The notes under the pieces were generated by a model. The model was not told where the DNA came from. It saw nothing but the letters and a program-made list of their open reading frames with translations, and did not search any database. Shown piece after piece: positions 22,540 through 33,910 of a stretch of DNA of 55,879 bases (the stretch's first letter is position 1; each line of letters begins with the position of its first letter). This DNA is from Vicinamibacterales bacterium (lineage in GTDB: Bacteria > Acidobacteriota > Vicinamibacteria > Vicinamibacterales > SCN-69-37). The stretch spans positions 1-55,879 of the forward strand of contig DATKDF010000075.1 in NCBI GenBank assembly GCA_035512795.1. The letters run 5' to 3'. The translations under genes were made by a program, and so were the position numbers.

Positions 22540-25392
22540 ATGGGCTCAGGACGCTCCCCCGAACACCGCGTCTTGCACACCGCCGAGGCCCGTCGTTCAC
22601 TTCCGGCCATTTCTGCGCCGTTCTGGCGCCGACTGGTGACGTCCGACGTGTCTCTGGCCCTGCTGGCGGCACTCGCGGCGCTCGTGGTCTACCTCCGGAC
22701 CATGCTCCCGGACATCGGCGGGTATGAAGACACGCCGAAGTTCCAGTATCTCGGGGCGGTGCTCGGCACGGCCCACGCACCCGGCTACCCGCTCCACACG
22801 GTGCTGTCCTATCTGTTCACGCTGCTGCCGGTCGGCAATCCGGCCTACCGCGTCGGGCTGCTCTCGGCAGTGTCGGCAGCCGCCACCGTGGGGCTGGTCG
22901 TCCTCACCGTGCGTGCGCTCGGGTGCCGGCGCCCAGCCGCCATCTTCGCGTCCCTGACGCTGGGGTTCGGCTTCGCCTTCTGGACGTTCGCCGTGCTGGC
23001 CGAGGTCTACTCGCTGGCCGCGCTGCTGCTGCTCGCGGTGCTCTACTGGCTCGTCCGCTGGCACCACTCGGGCCGCCTGCTCCACCTGATGGCGGCGTCG
23101 GCGAGCTTTGCGCTCGCGCTCGGCAATCACCCCACCGTCGGTGTCACCGCTCCAGCCATCGCGCTCTTCGTGCTGGCATCGCCGCAGCGGAGGACGCTGA
23201 CTGTCCGGTCGATGGCGGCGGCGTTTGCGGTGGCCGCCAGCGGGTTTGTCCAGTACACCTACCTGGCTATCCGCACCTTTCAGCAGGCCCCGTTCGTCGA
23301 AGCGCGGGTCGGCTCGGTGGGTGACTTCGTCGGGCTCTTCCGGCAGGACCGCTACGAGTCGTTCCTCCTGCCATTCACCTGGGACACCTTCTGGTCGTCG
23401 GCGCTGCCGAACCTCGCCAACCAGGCCCGGCTCGAGTTCGGCCTGGTCGGCCTCATCGTCATCGTGCTTGGCGTCTGGGTCCTCGGCCGCCGGGACTGGA
23501 GGGTGTCGACGCTCTTCGGTCTCTCGGCAATTGCGACGATGGGGCTGATGATTCACTTTCTCGGCTATCAGCAGGGCTTCCTCGTCCCGGCGTGGACGCT
23601 CGTGGCGGTGTACCTCGCCGTTGGAGCCGACGAGATTCATCGACGCCTCGCGGCGCTGCCGGGCACGGCCTGGGCCTCGATCGTGGCCGTTATGCTCGTC
23701 GGATACCCTGCCCTGCCGCTCGGCAGCAACTTCGCGACCAACGACTGGAGCCGCCGGACAACCGATGCCCGCTTCATGCGCGCGGTCGTCGCCGAGCTGC
23801 CGTCGCCAGCCGCGCTCGTCCGCGAGGGCTACGTGGTCGACTCGATGCTGCAGTATCTCGAAGCGGTCGAAGGCGGCGAAGTGTGGCGCCAGCTGCGCCG
23901 GCTGCCGCCCGACCCGGCCGCGATTCAGCGGCTCCACGACCAGGGCACGCCCGTCTACGCGTTCGGCGAGGGGCAGACCCGCCTGGCGGCGTACGGCTTC
24001 GACTTCGCACGCGTGCCGGTGCCCGGGCCAACGCTGGCGGAACGGCTGCGCGCGGTTCCCCCGGGCGCGACGGTAGCCATTGCCGGCAGGCACACGCCCC
24101 TGCCCGCCGACGTCGTGGATGCGCTCGGCCTCGGCGGACACGCCGAGTTCCAATGGCCGCGGTCCTACACCACGGTCGTCGTGACTATTGGCGGGACCTC
24201 GTCAGACGTGCGCACCGCCGGCGAACCGGTGCGTGCTACCGTGCAGGTCGGCGATTCCACCCCCGGCGGCACGCGTCCATTGACCGCGGAGGCCGGCCCC
24301 GATGGAGCGTTCGTCTCCCTGGGTGACCAGGCCGTCGTCGGAGTCACAGACGGCCTCGCGGTGGTCATCGTCGACCCGTCAGGGGCGCGGGCCGAGATTC
24401 ACACGCCGCAACCACCCGCGTATCAGATCGCACCGGACGCGCCGTACCAACTGTTCCGGCTGGCCGCCGTGCTGCCGTCATTGCCGGTTGGCGGCGGCGT
24501 CTGGACGGACATGACCGCGGCCGTTCACGCCGGCACGGTGGATCTCCTGGTCAACAACTACCGTGCGTTCGACGCCGAGGTCGTCATGTATGCCGCCGCG
24601 CCGACGCCGATGGCACCGGCGCTCGACCACCGGTTCAGCGGCCCGGCCCGGCCGACGTTCCACGCCCATGTGTTCGATCGAGACCAGTCCGACTCGCGGG
24701 CCGCGCTCGAGCACTGGCTGGCGCTCGACGGCCTCGCGCCCGCACGGCTCGGCCCGTCGCGGTTCGTGGCGCGGATGAGGCAGTCGGTCAACGACGGCGG
24801 CGATTCGGCCGGCTGGGGCCTCAGCCTGGGTGCGCTGCCCGAGGTCGTGCTGATCAAGGGCACGACCGATCTGGTCAACGCGCAGCGGGTCCTGGCGACG
24901 ATGCCGGCGGGCCGCCGCTTTCCGGGTCCGACGCATCTCGCGCTCGTCAACGCGAGCGGCGCCTTTGACTGGATGTTCGGCCCCGGCTGGCACGCGGCTG
25001 AACCTGACCGCGACGGCGAATTGCGCTGGTCGGCAAGCGAAGCCGCCTCGATCGTGCTGCCGATCGACGAGGTGTCGGACCTGCGACTGACGCTGACCCT
25101 GCGGCTCCGACGTGCGGCCGACCCGGACGACAACCAGGTGGGCCTGCGCGTGAACGGGTACCGGCTCGACCCGTGCACGATGCCGAGCGGGTGGCAGACG
25201 TGCACGTGGCCAGTGCCGGCGCGTCTGCTGCGCGCGGGCGGCAACCTGGTCACGTTCGAGTCACCCTCGATCGGCCCGCCGCTCGATGCGGCCGCGACCG
25301 GCGACACGCGCCACATCGGTGTGGCACTCCGCCAGATTCGGATCAGCCGCACGGCGGGCTCACCGCTCTGGACGACGTCCGTCAGGCAATGA
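22540..25392 (+). CDS. DUF2723 (TMEM260-like, GT-C fold) membrane glycosyltransferase-like protein with a C-terminal extracytoplasmic region of roughly 500 aa
   Basis: DIGGYEDTPKFQYLGAVLGTAHAPGYPLHTVLSYLF matches my memory of the DUF2723 signature. About 10 TM helices are followed by a soluble region ending in a CBM-like segment (LRWSASEAASIVLPI...VGLRVNGYRL...GGNLVTFESP). The true start may be GTG 22636. Confidence 0.8.
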   Translation: MGSGRSPEHRVLHTAEARRSLPAISAPFWRRLVTSDVSLALLAALAALVVYLRTMLPDIGGYEDTPKFQYLGAVLGTAHAPGYPLHTVLSYLFTLLPVGNPAYRVGLLSAVSAAATVGLVVLTVRALGCRRPAAIFASLTLGFGFAFWTFAVLAEVYSLAALLLLAVLYWLVRWHHSGRLLHLMAASASFALALGNHPTVGVTAPAIALFVLASPQRRTLTVRSMAAAFAVAASGFVQYTYLAIRTFQQAPFVEARVGSVGDFVGLFRQDRYESFLLPFTWDTFWSSALPNLANQARLEFGLVGLIVIVLGVWVLGRRDWRVSTLFGLSAIATMGLMIHFLGYQQGFLVPAWTLVAVYLAVGADEIHRRLAALPGTAWASIVAVMLVGYPALPLGSNFATNDWSRRTTDARFMRAVVAELPSPAALVREGYVVDSMLQYLEAVEGGEVWRQLRRLPPDPAAIQRLHDQGTPVYAFGEGQTRLAAYGFDFARVPVPGPTLAERLRAVPPGATVAIAGRHTPLPADVVDALGLGGHAEFQWPRSYTTVVVTIGGTSSDVRTAGEPVRATVQVGDSTPGGTRPLTAEAGPDGAFVSLGDQAVVGVTDGLAVVIVDPSGARAEIHTPQPPAYQIAPDAPYQLFRLAAVLPSLPVGGGVWTDMTAAVHAGTVDLLVNNYRAFDAEVVMYAAAPTPMAPALDHRFSGPARPTFHAHVFDRDQSDSRAALEHWLALDGLAPARLGPSRFVARMRQSVNDGGDSAGWGLSLGALPEVVLIKGTTDLVNAQRVLATMPAGRRFPGPTHLALVNASGAFDWMFGPGWHAAEPDRDGELRWSASEAASIVLPIDEVSDLRLTLTLRLRRAADPDDNQVGLRVNGYRLDPCTMPSGWQTCTWPVPARLLRAGGNLVTFESPSIGPPLDAAATGDTRHIGVALRQIRISRTAGSPLWTTSVRQ

Positions 25393-25407
25393 CATAGTTC
25401 CCCCCGC

Positions 25408-26646
25408 ATGCCCACCGTCGTCGTCGGCGCCGGCGCGGCAGGCCTTCTGGCCGCGATCTTCGCGGCGACACGGTCGGCGGTCACCGTCATCGAACGAACG
25501 AGCGACGGCGGCCGCAAGATCCTCATCAGCGGCGGGGGACGATGCAACGTGCTGCCGTCTCGGCCCGCGCCCGAGCGCTTCGTCACCTCGTCGCGGCCGC
25601 ACCTGCTGCGCGGCATGCTGCGGGCCTGGCCGCTCGATGCGCAGCGGACGTTCTTCGAAGAGGACGTCGGCATCCGGCTGGCACTCGAGAAGAACACCGG
25701 CAAACTCTTCCCGGTCTCGAACCGTGCGCGGGATGTTCGCGACGGCCTCGTACTGCTCGCTCGACGCCGTGGTGTGCGATTTCAGTTCGACACGTCGTTC
25801 GTCGATCTCACGCCCGGCGAGCGCGGCTGGCAGGTCGTCACCTCGCGCGGCTCGATCCCGGCCCGGGCGGTGGTGCTGGCCACCGGCGGGCTGTCGGTGC
25901 CGGCCACCGGCAGTGACGGCGGCGGTCTTCAGGTGGCGGCGCGCCTCGGCCACCGGGTCCACGACACCTATCCGGCGTTGACGCCGCTCGTCACCGATCC
26001 GCCCGCGCATGCCGCCCTCGCCGGCGTGTCGCTCGATGTGCGACTCCGCGCCAGATGGCGGGGCCGAACCACCGAATCGGCCGGCGGACTGCTCTTCACG
26101 CATCGCGGTTTCAGCGGCCCCGCGGTGCTCGACCTGTCGCACATCGCGGTCCAGAGCCGGCTGGCCGGCGACGCGGCCGATGCGCGTGCGATTCTGCGCG
26201 TGGCCTGGTCCACGCGCTCCGGTCCCGACTGGCTGGCAGATCTGGCCAGCGCCCGCGGGCTCGTCACGACGGCCGTGGCTCGTCATCTGCCCGACCGTCT
26301 CGCCCGGATGCTCGTCGCGTCGGCCCGCGTGCCGGCCGATCGACGAGCGTCAGAGCTGCGACGCGGCGAGCGCACGGCCCTCATCGATGCGCTCACGGCG
26401 TTCGTGCTGCCGTGGACCGGAGACGAAGGCTACAAGAAGGCCGAAGTGACCGGCGGCGGCGTCGCGCTCGACCAGGTGCATTCACGCACGCTCGAAAGCC
26501 GGCACGCCGCGGGCCTGTTCCTCTGCGGCGAGATGCTCGACGCGTTCGGTCCGATCGGCGGACACAACTTCGCCTGGGCGTGGGCCACCGGCCGCACGGC
26601 GGGACTCTCGGCCGCCGGAGCGGGAACCGGCCGTGCGGTAGACTGA
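25408..26646 (+). CDS. HI0933/BaiN-like FAD-dependent oxidoreductase
   Basis: VVVGAGAAGLLAAIFAA dinucleotide fold, GGRKILISGGGRCNV, LATGGLSVPATGSDGGG, LFLCGEMLDAFGPIGGHNF. Confidence 0.85.
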   Translation: MPTVVVGAGAAGLLAAIFAATRSAVTVIERTSDGGRKILISGGGRCNVLPSRPAPERFVTSSRPHLLRGMLRAWPLDAQRTFFEEDVGIRLALEKNTGKLFPVSNRARDVRDGLVLLARRRGVRFQFDTSFVDLTPGERGWQVVTSRGSIPARAVVLATGGLSVPATGSDGGGLQVAARLGHRVHDTYPALTPLVTDPPAHAALAGVSLDVRLRARWRGRTTESAGGLLFTHRGFSGPAVLDLSHIAVQSRLAGDAADARAILRVAWSTRSGPDWLADLASARGLVTTAVARHLPDRLARMLVASARVPADRRASELRRGERTALIDALTAFVLPWTGDEGYKKAEVTGGGVALDQVHSRTLESRHAAGLFLCGEMLDAFGPIGGHNFAWAWATGRTAGLSAAGAGTGRAVD

Positions 26647-26756
26647 CCCCGCGCGCGGTGCAGAGACCTCTCGATCGATCGGCGTTCGCCATTCGTCAGG
26701 CGCTCGGCCGGACCTTCCGGCAGTTTCCCTTGGCCCGTGACCTCGTGCGCGGCGCG

Positions 26757-27992
26757 ATGAACGCGTTCTTCCGCGTCGCGCTGCTGCCGTTCGGCCGCAA
26801 CCGCCGCGGCGGCGTGGCCCGGGAGTCGTCGGCCCTCGTGGCAGAGACCGACACGCTCAACGAGGCAGCCGAGCGGTACTTCGCCGACTTCGAGGACCGC
26901 GAGTTCATCCTGGGCAAGCCGTTCACCGACGAGGCGGGCTTCACACGGCACCTCGTCAGCCTCGGCATCCTCCTCGACGGCCTCCGCCTGCGCCGGCGCG
27001 ACGTCGTCGCCGAGTTCGGCGCCGGCACCTGCTGGGTGTCGCACTTCATCAACAGGTTCGGCTGCAGGACGATCTCGATCGACGTGTCGGCGTCGGCGCT
27101 GGCGCTCGGCGAGGAACTATTCCGCCGTGACCCGGCGACGCGCTGGGATGTCGGGCCGGAGTTTCGCGTCTACGACGGCCATCAGCTGCCGCTCGACGAC
27201 GCGAGTGTCGATCGCGTGATCATCGTCGACGCGTTTCACCATGTGCCGAACCAGCGCGAGGTGCTCACCGAGTTCCACCGCGTGCTGAAGGCCGACGGTA
27301 TCGTCGCCATGTCGGAACCCGGTCGGGGCCATGCCGGCACGTGCGCATCGCAGATGGAGGTGTCGAAGCACGGCGTCCTCGAGAACGAACTGGTTGTCGA
27401 GGACGTCGCAGCGCTGGCGCTCGCCTGCGGCTTTGCGGCCGCGCACGTCATCGTCGGCAGCGTCGACGCCCTGTGGGAGATTCCGGCTGATGACGTCGGC
27501 AAGTTCATCCAGGGCAAGGGCTTCCCGCGCTACTGGGACAACCTGAGCGACTCGCTCCTCGCGCATCACTATCTGCTGCTCTACAAGGGCGACCCCCGGC
27601 CGACCACGGCCCAGCCGAAGGCCACCGGCGCGCGTCTCCGCGCCCGGTCCGCGACGATCGAGGCGACCGCCGGCCAGCCCGCTTCGGTGACGGTGGAGCT
27701 TCAGAACACAGCCGAAACGCGCTGGCTCGCGGCCGAAGGCACCGGCTGGACGCGGTTCGGCGCGCACCTGTACCGCGCCGGTGAACTCGAAGAACTGCTC
27801 GACTACGACTGGCTGCGCGCGGCTCTGCCCCGGGACCTCGATCAGTACGACCGGGAGACGATGACGGTGACGCTGCCGCCGATCGCCGAGCCGGGCACCT
27901 ACCGTGTCGAGTTCGACCTCGTCCTCGAAGGTGTCATGTGGTTCGGCGATCGTGGATCGCCGACCGAATCGGTGACGTTGTGCGTCAGGTGA
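26757..27992 (+). CDS. class I SAM-dependent methyltransferase with C-terminal beta-sandwich-like module
   Basis: Track ORF 26055..27992 trimmed in frame to ATG 26757. Motif I VVAEFGAGTCWVSHF. VDRVIIVDAFHHVPNQREVLTEFHRVLKADGIVAMSEP. The last ~105 aa resemble the radical SAM protein C-terminus (PGTYRVEFDLVLEGVMWFGDRGSPT). Confidence 0.8.
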   Translation: MNAFFRVALLPFGRNRRGGVARESSALVAETDTLNEAAERYFADFEDREFILGKPFTDEAGFTRHLVSLGILLDGLRLRRRDVVAEFGAGTCWVSHFINRFGCRTISIDVSASALALGEELFRRDPATRWDVGPEFRVYDGHQLPLDDASVDRVIIVDAFHHVPNQREVLTEFHRVLKADGIVAMSEPGRGHAGTCASQMEVSKHGVLENELVVEDVAALALACGFAAAHVIVGSVDALWEIPADDVGKFIQGKGFPRYWDNLSDSLLAHHYLLLYKGDPRPTTAQPKATGARLRARSATIEATAGQPASVTVELQNTAETRWLAAEGTGWTRFGAHLYRAGELEELLDYDWLRAALPRDLDQYDRETMTVTLPPIAEPGTYRVEFDLVLEGVMWFGDRGSPTESVTLCVR

Positions 27993-28044
27993 ACGATCGA
28001 GTAAGACCTTACGACGCCGCACGCGGGTCGGTGCTCTTCCGGGG

Positions 28045-29976
<1,932 letters not shown>

Positions 29977-29992
29977 GGATAGTACGAAGGGG

Positions 29993-30412
29993 CTACGGCG
30001 TCACACAGCTTCTGAGCACGACGTGGCCGTCGAGGCCGTCGCAGTAACACTTGAGCGTCAGGCGGGTGCCGTCGCCGGCCGACTCGACAATGGTCGCCGC
30101 GTCGTCGTCGAGCAGGTTCGCCCGGACCCCGAACGCACCCGTCTCGACAAACAGCAGGTAGAACCCGCCCGGCGCCCCTCCCCCGACCTCGGTCGGCGTG
30201 CCGCTCACTTCAATAGCCTGTCCCCAGTAGCGCGCCCGCGCCCCGGCCGGGTCCTCGTCAAAATCCCGCCAGAGATCGGCCGCCGACATCTTGGCGATGG
30301 CCACCTCGTCGTGAATGCGCCGATCCTGATCCGGCAGCCGGCTCACGCACGCCGCAATCAGGCACGCCAGAAGCGCGGCGACGATCCCGGACCTGCCAGG
30401 GCGCGTCGTCAT
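29993..30412 (-). CDS. OB-fold (tRNA_anti-like) lipoprotein
   Basis: Track ORF trimmed to ATG 30412, which overlaps the kinase stop (ATGA). Lipobox LLACLIAAC. SAADLWRDFDEDPAGARARYWGQAIEVSGT...LKCYCDG resembles PF12869-type OB lipoproteins (from memory). Confidence 0.65.
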   Translation of the reverse strand: MTTRPGRSGIVAALLACLIAACVSRLPDQDRRIHDEVAIAKMSAADLWRDFDEDPAGARARYWGQAIEVSGTPTEVGGGAPGGFYLLFVETGAFGVRANLLDDDAATIVESAGDGTRLTLKCYCDGLDGHVVLRSCVTP

Positions 30413-33330
30413 CGCTCCCCGAAGCGGTCCGAGACGACGGCCGTCCACCGCTGAATCAGCCGAAGGTCCGAGCGGCGCCCGGTCTCGCCGTCCGGTCCGC
30501 CTTCGCGGAGAAACAGGAAGCGCCGGCCATCCGGACTGAGATCGTAGAGCGGCCCGAGCCGCTCACTGTAGCGCGAGGCCTCGAAAAGCCGGCGCGATTC
30601 GCCAACGCCAAAGGGCTGGCCGGGCGACACCAGGACCTCGATCATCGCCGTCCCGTCGTGAAAGACGATGGCCCGGCCGTCAGGCCCCCATCGTGGAGAC
30701 GAACCTCCGTTGACCGAAATGCGCGTGCGGCTGGTATCCACATCGGGGAACGGTCGCACGTACACCTCGAATCGTCCCGTCTCGTCCGATTGATACGCCA
30801 GCCAGTTCCCATCGGACGAGAGCGCTGGACGTGTTTCGGCGTACGGTCCGTCAATGAGCATCCGCACGGTCGGCTCGTCGCCGAGTGTGGCCAGGCCGAT
30901 ACCCTGATCGGTGTAGCTTCTGAGCTCGGTGAACAGCACGGCGGTGCCGTCCGGCGTGAAGGCATACGGCGTGTGCGCCGGTCTCTCGGGACCGTCCGAC
31001 GAGGTGAGCCGCCTCGTCTCACCCGACCCATCGGCCGGCGCAATGAAGACGCCACCACCCTCGCGCTCGGACCGGAACGCGATCATCCGGCTGTCGGGCG
31101 ACCAGATGGGTGCCGTGTCGGTGGCCGGGTCGGTGGTGAGGCGCGTCATCGCGCCGCGGGCCAGTTCGTAGATCCAGATGTCGCGGTTCTCCGGATCGGC
31201 CACCGCGAGTGCGAGCCGCGTCTGGTCGGGCGACAGGCTGGCGCGCGTGTACACGCGGCCGTCGACCGGCACCACCGCTTCGGTGCCGTCGAGGTCCACC
31301 CAGACGGGCGTCCGCAGGCCGAGGCCGGTCCGCTGCGGCATGTACACCAGCGTGCCGTCGGCCGCGGCCGACACGTGGACGGTTCGATTGAGCGTGCCGA
31401 GTTCGAGGCCCTCGATCATCGACACCGGCTCGGCCCGAAGCTCCCGCGTCGTGGCGTCGAACGGCGCGGCCCACAGGGCCGACCCGCGCACGAAGATGAG
31501 GTGCCCGGTGGCGACAAACTGCGGTTGGCGGCCTTCGACGAGCGGGACGACGCCGCCGGTGGTCAGGTCGAGCACACCGACCTGCTGACGATCGGCCATC
31601 ACGATGGTGACGAGGGCATGCCGGCCGTCGGGCAGCGCGGCCGGCGAATCATACGAGAGGTGACCGGCAGCCGCGTCGATCCGGGTCACCTCGGCGGGAT
31701 CGCCGCCCGCGGCCGGGACGCGGAGAATGTTCCGGCCGGCGCCGGTCGAGTAGGCGATCGTGTCGCCCGGCAGCCAGGTTCCGCGAGCACCGCCGGGCGC
31801 GGCGCCGACGGTCACAACCGCTCCGCCCGCCACGGGCACCTTGAGCAGGTGATTGCCGGCCGTGAATCCGAGCCACAGGCTATCGGGGGAAAAGAACGGC
31901 GCGGCGCCGTCGACGCTCTCCGGCACGAGCTCCGTTCGCCCCGTGTCGAGTGACTGCCGGACGAGCTGGATGACGCCGTCGCGGCGCGTGCGATAGACGA
32001 GCGTGCGGCCGTCGGGCGAGATTGCGATGCCGGGCAGCTCGCCGGCGACCAGATGGTCACTGTCGGCAATCGGCACCGCCAGGAACACGGGCGCCGGTTC
32101 GGGCCGAGCCGGGCGCGGCCACTGATACCCAGCCGCCGCCGCCACCGCCGCCACCGGCACGGCCAGCCAGAGCCATCTCGATGAGGCGCGCCGCCCGGGC
32201 TCGACCGCGTCGGCCGCACGCCTGAGTTCGACGCGTGCGTCCTCGATGTCGAGCCGCGCGTCGGCCATCAGGCCGAGCCGCCGGCCCGGCTCCTTGCGGA
32301 GGGCTCGCTCGATCAGCCGGCGGAGCGACGGCGGCGTGTCGGGCGGCAGCCGGGTGAAGTCGGGCTCGCGCTCGAGCACCCGCGCGATCACTTCGGTCGT
32401 CGAGTCGCCGTCAAACGCACGGACGCCGGTGAGTAACTCGTAGACGACGCAGCCGAAGGCCCAGATGTCGCTGCGATGGTCGACGGCCTGCCCGCGCGCA
32501 TGCTCCGGGCTCACGTACGACGGCGTGCCGACCACCCCGCCGCCGTGCTCGCGCGTCAGCGACGAGCCGGGTTCGACAGGCCGCGCCAGATCGCCCGCAT
32601 CCTGCCAGAGCGCTTTCGCAATGCCGAAGTCGAGAATCTTGACGTCCCCGGTCGCCGAAAGCTTGATGTTGGCCGGCTTCAGGTCACGATGCACGACGCC
32701 GCGTGCGTGGGCCACCGCGATCGCCTCGGCCATCTCGTCGGAGAGGTCCAGCACATGTGCCACGGGGACGGGCCCGTCGGCGATCCGATCGGCCAGCGTC
32801 GGCCCTTCGACCAGTTCGAGGACGAGCGCCACCGTCCCCTCGTGCTCCTCGATGTCGTAGATCGAAGCGATGTGCGGATGGTTGAGCGACGCGAGCAGGC
32901 GCGCCTCGCGATCGAACCGCGCGTGACGGATCGGGTCGGCCGCAAACCGCCGGGGCAGCACCTTCAGTGCGATGTCGCGGCCGAGGCGGGTGTCGCGCGC
33001 CCGGTAGACTTCGCCCATCCCGCCGCGACCAAGCACCGAGTGGACCGTGTAGGCGCCAAACCTGCTGCCCTCGGTCAGTCGCGGCGTCGTCTCGCCGGCC
33101 GGACCGCCGGCCAGCTCGCCGGCCAGCGGACCGGCAATCGCCCCACCCGGTGCGAGAAAGCCATCGTCGGTCTCCGCCTCGGCAAGGACGGCCTCGAGAG
33201 CGGCGGAGAGCGCCTCGTCATCACCGGCCGCCTCGCGGATGAAGGCACGGCGTTCGGCCGCGGGACGCGCGAGCGCCTGGTCGAGGATGTCGTCGGCGTG
33301 CGGCCACCGGCTGAGGTCAGCCATCGTCAC
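30409..33330 (-). CDS. membrane Ser/Thr protein kinase with periplasmic PD40/TolB-type beta-propellers
   Basis: About 95-aa N-terminal helical extension. Kinase motifs GRGGMGEVYRA, ALKVL, HRDLKPANI, DFGIAK, SPEH. One TM (WLWLAVPVAAVAAAAGY). Repeated SPDG/WSPD blades. Its GTG start is directly contiguous with the sigma stop. Confidence 0.9.
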   Translation of the reverse strand: MTMADLSRWPHADDILDQALARPAAERRAFIREAAGDDEALSAALEAVLAEAETDDGFLAPGGAIAGPLAGELAGGPAGETTPRLTEGSRFGAYTVHSVLGRGGMGEVYRARDTRLGRDIALKVLPRRFAADPIRHARFDREARLLASLNHPHIASIYDIEEHEGTVALVLELVEGPTLADRIADGPVPVAHVLDLSDEMAEAIAVAHARGVVHRDLKPANIKLSATGDVKILDFGIAKALWQDAGDLARPVEPGSSLTREHGGGVVGTPSYVSPEHARGQAVDHRSDIWAFGCVVYELLTGVRAFDGDSTTEVIARVLEREPDFTRLPPDTPPSLRRLIERALRKEPGRRLGLMADARLDIEDARVELRRAADAVEPGRRASSRWLWLAVPVAAVAAAAGYQWPRPARPEPAPVFLAVPIADSDHLVAGELPGIAISPDGRTLVYRTRRDGVIQLVRQSLDTGRTELVPESVDGAAPFFSPDSLWLGFTAGNHLLKVPVAGGAVVTVGAAPGGARGTWLPGDTIAYSTGAGRNILRVPAAGGDPAEVTRIDAAAGHLSYDSPAALPDGRHALVTIVMADRQQVGVLDLTTGGVVPLVEGRQPQFVATGHLIFVRGSALWAAPFDATTRELRAEPVSMIEGLELGTLNRTVHVSAAADGTLVYMPQRTGLGLRTPVWVDLDGTEAVVPVDGRVYTRASLSPDQTRLALAVADPENRDIWIYELARGAMTRLTTDPATDTAPIWSPDSRMIAFRSEREGGGVFIAPADGSGETRRLTSSDGPERPAHTPYAFTPDGTAVLFTELRSYTDQGIGLATLGDEPTVRMLIDGPYAETRPALSSDGNWLAYQSDETGRFEVYVRPFPDVDTSRTRISVNGGSSPRWGPDGRAIVFHDGTAMIEVLVSPGQPFGVGESRRLFEASRYSERLGPLYDLSPDGRRFLFLREGGPDGETGRRSDLRLIQRWTAVVSDRFGER

Positions 33331-33885
33331 TCACCTGCCGAGCTCCTGTCGCAGCCAGGCGCGTGCCTTGAGCCAGTCACGCTGAGCGGTCCGGAGCGAC
33401 ACGCCGAGCGCCTCGGCCGTCTCGTGTTCGGACAACCCGGCGAAGTACCGGCATTCGACGACGCGGACGAGGCGGGGATCGTGCCGTCCGAGCTTCTCGA
33501 GGGCCAGGTCGATCTCGAGCAGGCGGCCGGCATCAACCGTCGCCGCAGCAGCCTGGTCGTCGAAGGCCGTGTGGACGACCCCGCCGCCGCGTTTCTCGCG
33601 CGACCGTTCGCGCGCGTAGTCGATGAGGACCTGCCGCATGGCGATGGCCGACACGGCCAGGAAGTGGCCGCGGTCGTGCCATGTGGCGCGCGTCTGATCC
33701 ACCAGGCGCAGGTAGGCCTCGTGGACGAGGCCCGTCGTATCGAGGGTTTCGCCAACCCGCAGCCGCCTCAATTGCGACCGGGCCACGCGCCGCAGGTCCT
33801 GATAGACAAGCGGCACGAGCTGGTCCATGGCATCTGCCCGCCCGCGACCGTGCGCGAGGAGCAGTTCAGTCACGTCGCCAGGCAC
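33331..33885 (-). CDS. ECF-type sigma factor of the PF07638/TIGR02999 (kinase-associated) family
   Basis: DVTELLLAHGRGRADAMDQLVPLVYQDLRRVARSQLRR, TLDTTGLVHEAYLRL, region 4 VVECRYFAGLSEHETAEALGVSLRTAQRDWLKARAWL. No anti-sigma gene is adjacent. Confidence 0.85.
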   Translation of the reverse strand: MPGDVTELLLAHGRGRADAMDQLVPLVYQDLRRVARSQLRRLRVGETLDTTGLVHEAYLRLVDQTRATWHDRGHFLAVSAIAMRQVLIDYARERSREKRGGGVVHTAFDDQAAAATVDAGRLLEIDLALEKLGRHDPRLVRVVECRYFAGLSEHETAEALGVSLRTAQRDWLKARAWLRQELGR

Positions 33886-33910
33886 GGCGACCGCAGTTTA
33901 TCGCGCTCGT

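Noticed and set aside
26055-26756. Upstream extensions of the methyltransferase ORF, and likewise of sucB (43600..43914) and the S9 peptidase (2968..3195)
   Set aside because: The extensions overlap upstream genes or are Arg-rich junk. Internal starts give canonical N-termini: a signal peptide, a lipoyl domain, or ATGA coupling.
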